Shown: positions 1 through 12,960 of the stretch, one piece after another | Position numbering within the stretch: the first letter of the stretch is position 1 | How the letters are laid out: each line of letters starts with the position of its first letter | Assembly (NCBI GenBank): GCA_013239625.1 | Contig: MU053652.1 | Span: forward strand, 6,563,902-6,627,901 | Direction: 5' to 3' | From: Lama guanicoe | Lineage: Eukaryota | DNA: 64,000 nucleotides | The notes under the pieces: model-generated | Databases searched by the model: none | What the model was told of the DNA's origin: nothing | Seen by the model: only the letters and a program-made list of their open reading frames with translations | Program-made: the position numbers and the translations under genes

Positions 1-3000
1 ATGAAAAACTGAGGAATGAGATGTCCATAGGAGCTTTTGAAAGTTTCATCATATCCCTGGGAATCTAGAAGGTCATGCCCATATTCACAGATTTCCCATG
101 CCTATGAGAGATCTGAGAAGACATAATCTCTTACCTCAGGCTGACCATGAGCTTCTGTGTAAGCAGGAAGTTAAAGCTAAGGCAGAGTTACCAACTGTTT
201 GATGAAACATTAAAATTGTGCTTCAACATACAGGGTGTCTTTGCAAATTCTCAAAGAAATTTTGGTGTAAGGTATTTAAGGAAAATCTCTAACCAATCAT
301 TAGCAGATCATGAAGGTAACTGAGCAGAGTTCAATGGCCACACATGATAAAGAAAACAGACTTTTAAAAGGTAATACTGGAGAGTCACTGAACACCACCA
401 GCAGTAACAACTACAAACAGCAACAGTGAACAGTAACAAACTCTGGGTGGGGGGGTGGAATTTGATTTCCAAGGTCGCCACATTATATATACATATATAT
501 TTTAACTATTCTACTTGCAAAGTAGGAAAGTATGATAAATACACAGAAAAACCAGTATGTTCGAAGAACTAAAGGAAGCTATTCTAAGGAATTAAAGGAA
601 AGTATAGGAATTACGTAGGTAATATCTATAAAAGAGAAAAACACATAAAAAATCTTGAGTGAAAAATAAAGTAATTGAAATGAAAAATTCACTAGAGTTG
701 TAAAAGCTGATTATCAGCAGACTGAAGAATCACTGAACTTGAAGATCAATTGCCATTACTTAGCCTGAGGGATGGAAACCATGTCTCCATCACCCCCAAA
801 AAGAAAAAAAAAATGAACAGAGCCTCACTGATATATGGAACATAATCAAGTGTACCATCATGACCACAGGAGCCTCCAAGAAAAGGGGGGGGGGAGTGTG
901 TGACAGAAAAGATATCTGAAGAAATAATAGCTGAAAAGTTCCTACTTCTAATGAATAACATTAATCTACACATCTAACAAGATCAATTAACTCTGGGGAA
1001 TACCCAAAGAGAAATACACTTAAACGCATCACAGTAAAACTTATCTAAGCCTAAGACAGAGACTAAAAACAGGAAAAGAAAAGTCATGTATCACATAGAA
1101 GGAATCCTCAATAAAAATAATCACAAAGTATTTTCTCAAATCACCATGGAATATATATCCACAACAAGCTATCATAACTAACAAGTGAGTCCATGAAAGT
1201 TTCAGGATATAAGATCCATATACAAATATCACTTGTATTTCTATATATTAGCAATGAACACTCAAAAAATGGTATTAAGAAAACAACACAGTTTATAATA
1301 GTGGCAATAAGAAAAAACATACATGTAACAATAAATTTTAAAAAAGCCCAATTATACACAGAAGTCTTCCAAAAGTAAGGAAATTAAAGACAGCCTAAAT
1401 GAATGGAAAGAAATCACATGCTCGTGACTGAAATAGTTAATATTAAAATGTCTATAATCCTGATTTGATCTACATATTCAACATAATCCCTATCAAAATC
1501 CCAGCTGCATTGTAGTTGTGCATGGAAATTGACAAGCTGATGCTACAATTCATTACAAGGATCCAGAATAGCCAAAACAATCTTGAAAAACAGGAATGAA
1601 GTTGGAGCATTATTACACTGTAATTTCAAAAATACTACAAGGCTACAATAATCAAGACAATATGGAAAAGGAAAGATACATAGATCAATAGAATAGACTT
1701 GAGAGTCCAGAAATAAATTTTTATATGTATAAATCAATCAAATTTTGACTAGGGTAACAAGAAAAATCAATGAGTAAATAATAGCCTCTTCAACAAATGA
1801 TACTGGCAACAACTGAATATTCACATGCAAAAAAAAAATGAATGTGGATATCTAATTTATACAATATATAATATATACAAAATATATATATATACTATGT
1901 ATATATATACACAAAGTATTAACTTTAAAAGGATCATAGATCTAAATGTTAGAAATACAAAATTCTTAGAAGAAAACAGGGATAAACAATGATTTCTTAG
2001 ATATGACACCAAAAGTAGAAATGGAAAACAGTAAATAGATAAACTGGATTTCACCAAAAGCAAAAATTTTTGTGTTTCAAAGGACACCATCAAGAACAGG
2101 AAAGACAGTTCACAGAATGAGGAAAATATTTTCAAGTCATATATCTGATCAGAATATGTAAGTAACTCTTACAACTCAACAGTACAAAGACAAACAACCC
2201 AACTGAGAAATTACCAAATATTTGAATAGACATTTCTCCCAAGAAGATATGCAAATGCCAATAACCACATGGAAAAAAGGTAAACATCATTAATCATTAG
2301 AAAAATGAAAACCACAATGAAATACCATCTCCCACATACTAGGAAGGCTAAAATTTAAAAAGACAGAGAATAGTACGTGGTATTGATAATGTGGAGAAAC
2401 TGGACTCTCATACATTGCTTATGGAATTTGGTAAACAGTGACACTTTCTCAGATTGTTAAACATAGTTACCATATGAGCCAGCAACTCTATTCCTAGGTT
2501 CATACCCACAAGAATTAAAAATATATGCCCACATGAGAATGTTCACAGTAGTATTAGTCTTACTAGTAAAACAGTGGAAACAACCTATATGTCCATCAAT
2601 GGATGAATGAATAAACTGTGGAATATCCATACAATGAAATATAATTCATCCATAAAAACATATGAGGTACTGATACATGCCACAGCATGGATGAACTTTT
2701 GAAATTGTGATGTCAAATAAGTCAGTCATAAAAGGTCACACATTGTATCATTTCATTTAAATAAAATGTCCATAATAGGCAAATCAACATAGACAGAAAG
2801 TAGATTAATGTTTTCCAGGGGCTGGGGAAAGGGGAAATCAGGGAGAGACTGCTGATGAGTACAGTTTTTTTTTAAAGAGTGATGAAAATATTCTAAAATT
2901 AATGGAGATCATTGGACCATTCTATAAATATACTAAAACCCACCAGATTTCACATTTTATTTAAAAGGGTGAGTTTTATAGTATGTGAATGATATCTCAA

Positions 3001-3020
3001 TAAAGCTGTTAGGAAAAAAA
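1..3020 (+). mobile_element. Old LINE-1 (L1MB7/8-like 3' end): 5'/ORF1-region remnant (1-~1150) joined to distal ORF2 and 3'UTR
   Basis: ORF2-like peptide KVSGYKIHIQISLVFLYISNEH (1193-1378). Typical L1MB 3'UTR (ATGGATGAAC...GACAGAAAGTAGATTA...GGGGCTGGGG...) ending GTATGTGAATGATATCTCAATAAAGCTGTT plus A-tail at ~3014-3020. Many stops and frameshifts. Confidence 0.88.
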
Positions 3021-3129
3021 TATTAAATAGCCACACTAGTGACTCCCTATCAGACAGCACTATTGTAGGAAGGAATGGCTTTGTGGGGAGGTCTATCTTT
3101 AACTGGAGTCTGTCAGAGAAAGCATTTCT

Positions 3130-3303
3130 TAGTTTTTTTGATTTATAATTTTAACCAATTTTATTTTATGGTTTTTTCGGGGGGGTAATTAGATCTAGTT
3201 ATCTGTTTACTTATTTACCTATTTTTAATGGAGGTACTAGGGACTGAACCCAGGACCTCATGCATGCTAGGCATGAACTCTACCACTGAGCTATAGCCTA
3301 CCC
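3130..3303 (-). mobile_element. Vic-1-type camelid tRNA-derived SINE
   Basis: Minus strand reads GGGTAGGCTATAGCTCAGTGGTAGAGTTCATGCCTAGCATGCATGAGGTCCTGGGTTCAGTCCCTAGTACCTCCATTAAAAAT...CTAATTACCCCCCC plus A-rich tail. Pol III A box (TAGCTCAGTGG) and B box (GGTTCAGTCC) are present. Confidence 0.88.
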
Positions 3304-3309
3304 TGGGAG

Positions 3310-3845
3310 ATAAATTTAATCCATGACCTGTGTGAGGAACAGGAGAAATACATGTAACAATCTGGGTAAAGAATCTGCAGTAGAGAAAAGCAAGTGCAAA
3401 GGCCTTAAACTTGGAACATTTAAAGATGTATATTTAAGGAAGAAAGAAGAAAACAGTATATCTGGACCAGAAAGAAATAGGGGGAGGATAACAGATGATG
3501 TCTGAGAGGCAGGTGAGTACCAATCTCGGTGGCTCTATGGTAGGTGTATGATAAGAATTAGAATTTGACCAATTCATTCAACAAATACATATTGAGCACT
3601 ATGTACCAGGCATCTGCATTAGATACATCACAAAAGAGAACAGCCAAAAGCTCTTTGCTTAGAGAGTTCACATTTTCATGTAGGGAGGTAGAAAAGACAG
3701 CTTTCATTGCGAAGGTGAAATCTGAGACAGACGTGGAAGAGGTTTAACTATGCAAGAACCTGTGGGGAAATTATTCCAGATAGAAGGAATAGCCAGTGCG
3801 AAGGCCACAAAGTGGAAGCATGACAGGAAGAAGCTAACAAAGACC
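3310..3845 (-). mobile_element. LINE-2 fragments
   Basis: AATTCATTCAACAAATACATATTGAGCACTATGTACCAGG (3571-3610) is the reverse complement of the L2 3' terminus. Flanking purine-rich L2-like segments such as AGCAAGTGCAAAGGCC. Confidence 0.65.
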
Positions 3846-3851
3846 TACGGA

Positions 3852-4040
3852 AGTGCTTCTCAAATAATGGCAATGTGCATACAAATGCATGGGGTATCTG
3901 CTTAAAATGCAGGTTCTGATTCAGTAGGAATAGGGAGAGGGAGGGCTGAGGTTCTGCATTTCTATAAATTCCCGGGTGAGGGGGCTGGTGCTACCGGTAG
4001 TTCCACTGCCTGGACCCTGAGTCCCAACAATCTCTAAGTA
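3852..4040. mobile_element. MER5-family (hAT-Charlie) DNA transposon fossil
   Basis: AGTGCTTCTCAAA...CTGCTTAAAATGCAGGTTCTGATTCAGTAGG...CTGCATTTCT resembles the MER5A/B core. Confidence 0.7.
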
Positions 4041-4159
4041 GATGGGATGCAATATTAATGAACTCCACTAGACGTTTACCATCCTGAAAATTTAAGGATT
4101 AGAAGCAGGGCTCCAGCTTTATGCCTCCAGGATTCATCACCCCATGCTGATTCCACTAA

Positions 4160-4700
4160 CTCTTGTTTAAATTAGGACTAAGAAAAAAAAAATTCAACCA
4201 AAATTGGCTAAAGTAGAAACAGGGAATATATGATTTCCTATAGCTAAGCTGCCTCCATGCCTCTTGAGCTTCAGAGATTCAAAGGATGTCATCATTAACT
4301 AGTCTCTTTTGACTCTGCTTTCCTTTGTGTTGGTTTCATTTTCAGGCAGACTTTCTCCAAATGGTTTCTCCCCAGCAACTCGGACTTAAATCAACACACA
4401 ACTCTAAATTCAAGGAAAGAGAGACTCAGTCCTCTCTCTGCTCAACACTTACAAAGAGCTCCAGGATTAAGTTGCATTTGATCAGCCCAGATCAAGTGCC
4501 TCTCTTGGACCAATCACCACTGCCAGATGATCCGATGTTGTTTGGCTACAATAGGATCAAATAAGCTCCCGTGTGATCAGAGTTGGCACGAGTGTCCCTA
4601 ATCCATACACAATGATATTGGAAAAAGAGGGATTTCCCCTAGAAGATTCTGTTACTAAAAGAGAGAATAGATAATGGTCAGGTGAAAAACAAAAGTATTG
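4160..4700 (-). mobile_element. Old ERVL/MaLR solo LTR (MLT1K/L- or LTR33-like)
   Basis: CTCTGCTTTCCTTTGTGTTGGTTTCATTTTCAGGCAGACT and TGGACCAATCACCACTGCCAG blocks resemble old MaLR/ERVL LTRs. Confidence 0.6.
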
Positions 4701-5987
4701 ATTATAACCCAGCATTGTCTGAAACACACCTGGCCCTCAACAACACAGTGAGAGGAATAGTGATAAACTTCAGTGAGCTGCATACATTTCCCACATGAAA
4801 TGGAAGCTAAACCTCACAAAGAATGATTGAGTAAACATGATGAGATAAAAGAGCAGATGAAATTAAAACCAACCGCCCTCCCCAAACTGTCATATATTTT
4901 GTAAGGGAATTAGAGAGATTTACATTGTATGTGTGCTTACCCAGAAGGAAGTGCTAACGGGTCAAAGCCAGTGGTTTGAATTAGGAAGAGATGGATCTGG
5001 AAACAACATAAAGAAACCTTTTTTTTCTGAATTAAAGCTTCTCATCAAATCCTTCTCAGTGAAAATGTCCCGATTTTTTCTGAAGATACTAGAAATTTAT
5101 TTTTTTCATAAAATGTTTAAATAGCGACAATTAACTTAATTACCATGAGGAAGTTTTCAATCTCAGGTTTAAATTGTCACAGGAAAAATAGGAGAACAAG
5201 ACAGTTATTTTAATTATTGAATTAGCACATCTGTGTAAATCAGCAGTAAGTCCTCTTGGACGTGTACCAAAATCTACACTCACAGACTAGCTTTTTTATT
5301 GGCTTTAACGGGAGGCCCAATTATCTTTGCTATGTAATGAAGAGGTACCAGCAAGAAGCCCAGTTATGTCCCCACAGAATTTTACTGAAAACTCCCCAGT
5401 AGATGTGACTCTTCCTGCATCCCCTTTCTTGTCCTGTCCTCAGGCCATGAGATCTCTCCTCACAATCCTCTTCGGCCTCTTTTTCCCCTCCTTTTTGTCC
5501 CTTTATTAGAGTGTGTTCCTCTCCATGAACTTTGGGGCTAATCCAAGGCTAATCTCTCTTTACAATGGAATTTTTCTATCAGCACTAGGAAGATAATATT
5601 AACTCTCCATACTATCACCTCAGCACGGGAAAAATTATCATTTTGTTCATTATCTTGGGAGACCCAGAATAAGAGATCCTAAAAACTCCTATCCATCCTT
5701 TCAAGGCCTTTTTTACCACCAACCTTTAATCATCTTTTATTTACTTCATTCATTTCCTAGTCATATATATATACTTGCAACTTATTTTAATGCTGCTGTT
5801 ACCATTAACCGAAGTTACTCAAGTCTAACTCATCTGTAGGATAATTAAAGGAAATCAAATATGCTAGAAGAGAAAACTAAGTTGTCAGTTCTCAGTAGTC
5901 ATTATTCCTGAGTACTCAATCATATGTGACATTTGGACCATCTTATCTTCTTGAAAATTCCCTTCTATCTTCCTTCACATTCTATTG

Positions 5988-6150
5988 CAATGTTTTTCAA
6001 AATGTGATCTCCAGAACAGCATTATCAGCATCACCTGGAACCTCATCCAAGCCCTGCTAGATCAGAAACTTTGGTGGTATACCCAACAGTCTATCGTCGA
6101 ACAAGACCTCCAGGTGATTCCGATCTAGTGTACTGACTTTGGTTTGAAAA
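5988..6150. mobile_element. MER5A fragment
   Basis: CAATGTTTTTCAAAATGTGATCTCCAGAACAGCATTATCAGCATCACCTGGAA...ATCAGAAACT...AACAAGACCTCCAGGTGATTCC. Confidence 0.75.
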
Positions 6151-6169
6151 ATAAATGATGTCCCGGAAA

Positions 6170-7260
6170 GACTCTTCTTCCTCTTTCTTCTCCTTCTGTT
6201 CCTCCTCATCCTTCAATTTATCTTCCTCTTCTTCCTCCCTAAGTCTAATTTTTCTCTATGGAAAATTTCTTAGTCTTTTATTTTCTTCCTCTTTCTCATT
6301 CTCTTTTTATTTCTCTTATACTGGATGATTCATAGCTTTAAAAAGTATACTGATTACATTTAACAGAGGATTTCCAAAATTTTATCTTCATTCTCAAACT
6401 CTCCCCCTGCTCCAACTCCAAAAGCTAACTTCTTGATGTACACTGGCTTCAATATTTATCCAAAAGACTCTTAAAACAAAATTCATTCCATTTACCTTCT
6501 CGAAAAAAATTGTTTCTGAGCTCTCTGCTTCCATTCATGAAGCCATACTTTTTGCATTCTACAAAGTTTACAGACTTGAGAGGCATCATTAACTCCTCAT
6601 TTGACAGCATGTCTTAAGCCACATTTATGTACTCTGCACCACAATACTCATATACATGGTCCCCTCAGCCCTACAGTCACCACTCTTCCACAGGCCCCCA
6701 TGATTTCTCTTGTAGCCTACCACAATAGCCAATCCCTTCATTTTCTCACTTTGCATCTGTTAGACATATTGGACAACTGTGTCTTCAATTAAAGCAAAAC
6801 TCTTATTCTGACTAAACTCTCCTAATGAAATCCATTCAATGTTATATTGCTTAATAAGATTCCTGAGCTGATCATGTGGCCTCCATTCCTACATTTATCT
6901 TCCACTACTTTTTTAAATCAAAACACTCTGAGCCCTACTAAACAATACAAAACAGTAACAGCTTTCAATCCTCTCTGCATCCTCCACTGCTTTGATATCT
7001 TTCCAAACCATTCCCTTGCTATGCTGACAAAGTCCTACACACCTCTCAAAATTTATTAATATTCTACCATCTCCGTAAAACCTCCTATAATTTAGATGAG
7101 GCTTTGAATCCCATAATGTTGTTTTCAAACTTTCACACCATGTGTTTAAGCTTAATTTAATACAATTATTTGCATAGTTTATTTGCTTTGTAGATTTTAA
7201 AATGCCTGAGGACAGAGACAATATCACCCAATATTCATGCATATTAATGCACATGAATGG
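6170..7260 (+). mobile_element. Highly decayed LINE-2 3' region with a pyrimidine-rich low-complexity start
   Basis: CT-rich tract at 6170-6320, then L2-like motifs, ending TAGATTTTAAAATGCCTGAGGACAGAGAC...ATGAATGG. Confidence 0.5.
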
Positions 7261-10200
7261 CCTGTCTTCGTGTGATTTTTATTTTTAACTGGACTCTCTT
7301 CCATTAGCTAATTCAGATGATATTCAATCTGTTTGATCTGAGTTTGATGTCCACTCAAAATAATCATCAGTGGGATCATGAAATAAAACATTGCTTATAT
7401 AATTTAGCAAGATCTTATGTCACTATAGACTTAGAAATTATCTCCATCCAAGAAATTAAATTATCTATAGATATTATCCTTTTAAATACATCACAATCTA
7501 TGTGAAAATTTACTAAAGTTTTTTTTATTTTTCAACCCATATCCAGGTTTTACAATCACCCAAGAACAGCCTCTAACCAATTACTTTGATCTTCTTTAAG
7601 AGATGTTATTTTTCTTTTCTAAATTTCTGAAACCTTCTCTAGCAAACTGAGGTAGTATCCAGAAGGATTTGCCCAGAGGAGCACTGTCTTTTAATCTCCC
7701 CTTTAAATGAGTATCCTAAATTAAACACATTTCTTACTTAAGTGAAGAGGAAAAATTTCTTACATACAGAGACTTTGAGGTTAAAGTTCCAGCCTTTCTA
7801 AAAAGAAATTTTGAAAGGACTTCAACTCAATAGGAATGTGATTTCAAGGGCACTTGATGTATTTCAAATAAGCTATAAAATCCATAAAACTGTGATTTAT
7901 TTTTAACACTATAAAAGAAACTACAACAAAAAAGTCAAACATAAACAGTCTTTCTGTCAAGCTCCTAGTTTCATCTGCAAAGTGGTCATAAGGGAAAGTT
8001 TAGCTCATTATTTTTAGAGTTTTTCAAAGATAAAACAGTTTGACTAGAGTGGGAAAAATTCACTAACATATTAAAACATACTTCAGTCCATTACTTAATT
8101 AATATAAATACTGTTCTTTTGAGGAAATGCCAAATACGAATGACTGTCTTAGAAAACACAGTGTTTTATAACATATACCACCAATACTTTTTCTACTTAT
8201 TAATGCTTTTTTAAAGCATTACAATGGGAAGTGATTCATCCTCTACAAAAATAATTCATCTTCTATAATACATCAAAAACCTCTTTGTAACTGATGTTGT
8301 AGTATTTACAGTACTAAAACTAGCCCTTATTCCATCATTTGTCCTGTACTCCAAAATTTTCAGATGTTTTAATGTTTGAACTATGCCAGTAAAGTAAACC
8401 TCAGTGTGATATTCTTCAAGTAATAGTTTACAGAACTGTTTTTATCACTGGAAGGAGGATGAGGAGTATAGTGTTATATCAGAGGATTTAAAGTTAAACT
8501 ATGAGAATAACAATTTTATCCTTTTGGTGAAGCACTATAGTTAACTCTGAATAAACTGGATTTATACTCACTTCAATACCTATATTGAGTATGATTTCTC
8601 AATGCAAGTTTTTTTGAATTAAAAAATAAATGAAAAACTTTATTAAGTATTAATCAATCAAATGGGAAGAGAGAATGGTGTACAAAAAGAAGAAAGAAAG
8701 TTTATTTAGAGGGAATTCATATATGCATAGGTATCAATAGCTAGATAGATTCTAAAACAATTTGTAAACTAAATAGTGTGTGGTTCATGTTGAATATGTA
8801 AAATACATTCAGGGAACTATCAGAACAGTGATAAGGTTAGTCATCACAGCATCATCAAAGTAAACGTAGGATGAGCTGAGTTAGCTAAAGCTTCATGGGA
8901 CAGATGATCTTAAGCTGAGCCAGGAAAGCCCTTAACAAGTATATAACATAGAATAAAACAAGATTAATTAGTTAGAACTAAGCATAACTTACCCAAGGTA
9001 CACAAGTGAAGTTGACATCATGTAGTAGTAATTCTCTCTTTATTATATCTTTCTGAGTTTTGAAAATGAATATTGCAAATAAAATCAATATATTCACTGA
9101 ATTTTAGATTGATTTAGAAGTTACCATATGTGTTTTCCAGATCAGAGGAAATATTAATTTTATGGAAAGGACAGAAATTTGTCTAAGTGTAGCAAGGATT
9201 TAATATATGCAAAATTACATCTAATAAGCTTCAGAGATCATCCAGCTAGACAATCCTACTTAAGAATAATTTATAGATGTTAGGGTAAAAATCATGAGAA
9301 ACTAGATGATTAAAAGAAATTATCTTGGCTTAAATTATTTTTGCATCTACACTATACTTTTGAAAGGGCTGGGTTTTACTTTACCAATAAACTGCATTTT
9401 CTCAGGTTTTTCTTTTGTTATTCCAGGAGTTGAGCTAAATTCATCACAATTCTTACAAGAACCCAGAAAGTTCCATTAGCAGTTTTGTAGATTTGGTTCA
9501 CTTGCCAGGAAAAGGCAAGGAAATGAAGTAATAAAGTGAAACTTTGAAATAAGATTTGGACTTATGAAAGAAACTAGTTTTGAGAAGGTCACAAAAAATC
9601 TCCTGGGTTCAGTAGAATAAAACACAAATGAGAAAAATAAATGACATCAATCTCCTGGTTAAAAGATAAGTCTTGGTGGCATTCATGACTGACACTTTTC
9701 TGTCTTCTGTGTCCCCCTCACCACCACATTTAAAATTATCCCTGACTTCTTGTCTATTTATAATAAAGTTTGTATTTAAAAATCACTATTTTAAATAGTT
9801 ACATCGTTTACAATAATTTTATTGCAGCTGCACACCAGCATCTTCAAGGAAGATCAACTTTAAATGTCAGCCCAACAACAAACTCTCTGGGCTGAGAGAG
9901 GTAAATTTATTCCATTTTTGGAATATTTTATTTCCTTAGAAAATTGTGATTCTCTCATAAGCAAATGTATATAGATGTTACCACAAAAAATTCTTTTAAA
10001 TAATTAGGATGTTCAGAATGTTCTGTTCATGAAACACACTATAAAAAGGAAACGTTCAGAAATATTGCACATATATCTGTGAAAATCAAACAAAGAATCA
10101 GACAAACAGGGAGAATTTGGCAACTAGTTAAACACTGCATTAGGAAACAATGCACTGACAACTCAAGAGGAGAGCGTATTTTCTTCACCCATGCCTCTGT

Positions 10201-10373
10201 GGGAATCAGAGCACTCTTAGTGTCCAGGAAATCAACATCATTGCAGTAGCATGGGGCAGAGGGAGTTCCTTCAAGTCAAGAGCTGTTGGGAAGAGGATGC
10301 TGGGGCTGTTCTGTTTAATAAGGAAAATAACTCAAAGGATCAAAGATCAAAGAGTTAAGAATGTTTACACATT

Positions 10374-10870
10374 TGAATTAGTCAGGGTTCTCCAGAGAAA
10401 CAGAACAGAATACAAATCTGAAATGAGATTTGTTATAAGGAACTGGCTCATATGACTATGGAGGCTGAGAAGTCCCGTGATCTGCCTTCTGCTAACTGGA
10501 GACCCAGGAACAAACTGCCCACAGATGGAAGAGTGCAAAAACCTTAGAAGCAGGAGTCAATGGTACAAATTCTAGCCTGGGGCTAAAGGCCCGAGGACCA
10601 GGAGCAGGAAGGGCAGGAAAAGTTTGATGTTTCAGCTTATACAAGTAGGCAGAGAAAGAGAGGGTACAAGTCCTCTCTTCCTCCACCTTATGTTCTGTTC
10701 AGGCCCTGGAAGGACTGGATTGGGGAGGCAATCCACTTTACTTCGTCTACCAATTCAAAAGCTAAGCTCTTCACGAAACACCCTCACAAATACACTCAGA
10801 AATAATGTATATCTAGATATCTGGACACCCTGTGGCCCACTCCAGTTGACACATAAAATTAACCATCACA
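10374..10870 (-). mobile_element. MLT2-family LTR (3' LTR of an ERV-L provirus)
   Basis: Minus strand begins TGTGATGGTTAATTTTATGTGTCAACTGGAGTGGGCCACAGGGTGTCCAGATATC and ends TGTTTCTCTGGAGAACCCTGACTAATTCA, matching canonical MLT2 termini. Abuts ERV-L internal sequence. Confidence 0.93.
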
Positions 10871-11439
10871 AGTCGACACCTTGTCAATGGGGTATACTTC
10901 CCTTAACCCATACTTAGTCTCCAAATGAAGGCGGTCATAAAGTCAGAGTTCCACCTAACATAATACAACTATTCTGCATACAACTGAAAATGTATAAAAC
11001 TCTCTCTAGAAGAGGAGGAAAAGTCTTTGAGTGATGTTCACTCTTCTTGATAGCCCATAACTTAAATACCATAAGGTAAAATTAACAATTGTAAATACTC
11101 TCATATTAAGTCAATGCACCTTATGCTACATGATAAGATCAGAGCAGGAAGAAAAAAGCTATTTTATATCTATCCAAATGTGTTCATAACAAAATAAGGA
11201 GACATAATTATTACAGTCCTCATTTCTATAACTGGTCATGCGGCTGTAGCTGGTATTTGTAAAAACCTTTTCAACTACCCATTCCATATTCCCTTTGCCT
11301 TCAGCAAGCACCTCAGCTGTTTATAGTTTAGTTTGTCCCCTGGTGGGATGGCCCAAGCCTTCATTCTTGAAGGGTCTGGGTCATTAATAGTCCCTCCTGG
11401 ATTGGGTTGTTGTGGTTTCCATTGACTTTATGCATAGGG

Positions 11440-11700
11440 CATGGTAATACTAAGAGACACTAAGGGATCTCTGATACTCCAAACACTCTTCCTTATGTCT
11501 ATTGTGGGTGGCAGTCCAATTTCTCCTTGTAGTCAGACTAAATCACCCCAGTCAACACAGTAACTCTCTTCTTTGCCTGGAGATTCAGAGGATGGGGAGT
11601 CCAAAGTGGCTGGGCAACAACCTTAACTTCAATGGAGCCATTGTTGTGACTCCTTGTGGAAGTGTTCCTCCCTTTGGAACTAAGACTTCTAGGAGAGGAA
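11440..11700 (-). pseudogene. ERV-L dUTPase relic
   Basis: Degenerate match to ERV-L LEVLVPEGG...KKGVTVLAGVIDPDYQGEI, downstream of integrase as expected for ERV-L. In-frame stop and frameshifts. Confidence 0.8.
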
Positions 11701-11799
11701 AGGTCACAGGAACAGGAAACAAAAATTTTTTTCTAGTGAACCTATTAATACTGGCTATGAGAGAAACAGCAATATTGTATCAAATAATGATTGGGAACA

Positions 11800-12250
11800 G
11801 ATATGTCCTTCTGGAGAGCACTGCCCCAGCCTTGCAATTTCTTGGCATCTACTTGGCACTGTAATGAGTCTTCAAAAGGCTTTACCACTGTTATGTCAAG
11901 CCAGTTGCTTCAGGATGGTGGGGAGAATTACAAGACCAGTGAATTCCATGCACTTGGGTCAAGTGCCACACTTCTTCTGCTGGGAAGTGAGTTCCTACAC
12001 AAAAAGTAATATTGTATGGAATGCCATGACAGTGGATAAAGCATTCTGCAAGTCCATGGATAGTAGTTTTGGCAGAAAGACAAATCCATATCCACACTAA
12101 GTATCTATTCCAGGAAGAAAAAAATGCTGCTACTTCCATGATGGAAGCTGTCCAATGTAATCAGCCTGCCACCAGGTAGATGGTTTATCACTCAAATGAA
12201 TGGTGCTTTATCGGGGTCTCAGTGTTTGTGTTTGCTGCTAGCAGAGTGGA
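11800..12250 (-). pseudogene. ERV-L integrase core relic
   Basis: ORF-track 11891-12139 contains TTIHGLAECFIHCHGIP and HGIHWSCNSPHHPEA. Upstream WWQADYIGQLPSWK matches ERV-L WWQVDYIGPLPSWK. Confidence 0.85.
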
Positions 12251-12254
12251 CCAA

Positions 12255-12960
12255 GTGGCAGATCAACAGCCAGAACTTGTTTCAGAACCTTTTTTTTTTT
12301 CTGGGCTACACTCAAAACAAGCAGCTTTTGGAGACACTCAGTAAATAGGCTGGAATATCACACCCAAACAAAATGTATGTTATCTTCAAAATCCAGAGGC
12401 CTACTAGGCTTTGTGTCTCTTGACCTTAGACGAGACATCTCAGCATGCCCCATACCACAGAACCCCTAGAAACTCACTGAGGTAGAAGTCCCTTAATTTT
12501 TGTTGTATTTATTTCTTACCTTCTAGCTTTCAAACATCTTACCGATGAGTCTAGAGTAGTTGACACTTCCTGCTCACGAGATCCAACTGGCATAATAACG
12601 TCAATGAAATGGACAAGTGTGATATCTTACAGAAAGGAAAAGTGATCATATCCCTGCAAACTAAATTATGACACAGGGCTTGAGAGTTGATGTTATTACT
12701 GAGATAAGGCAGTGAAGGTGTACTGTTGGCCTTGCCAGCTGAAAACAAAGTGCTGGACCCTACTGATAGGGATCATACCACATCTGCTATAGTTGGAGTC
12801 ACCAGCTGGTTCAGTCTAGGATAATCCACTGTAATTCTTCAAGATCCACCTGTCTTCTGTACAGATCAAATAGGGGAGCTGAACAGGGATGTGGTGGAAA
12901 TCATCGCACCTCCCTCCTTCATGTCCCTCTGGTGGCACTGATCTCTGTAAGCCCTCCAAG
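12255..12960 (-). pseudogene. ERV-L reverse transcriptase relic
   Basis: ORF-track 12551-12748 contains INSQALCHNLVCRD. Other frames give WQGQQYTF, LVHFIDVIM and FLGVLWYGAC. Frameshifted, catalytic motif mutated. Confidence 0.85.

Noticed and set aside
3225..3303. tRNA gene
   Set aside because: The tRNA-like region continues into a SINE body and A-rich tail, so it is a SINE head rather than a tRNA gene.
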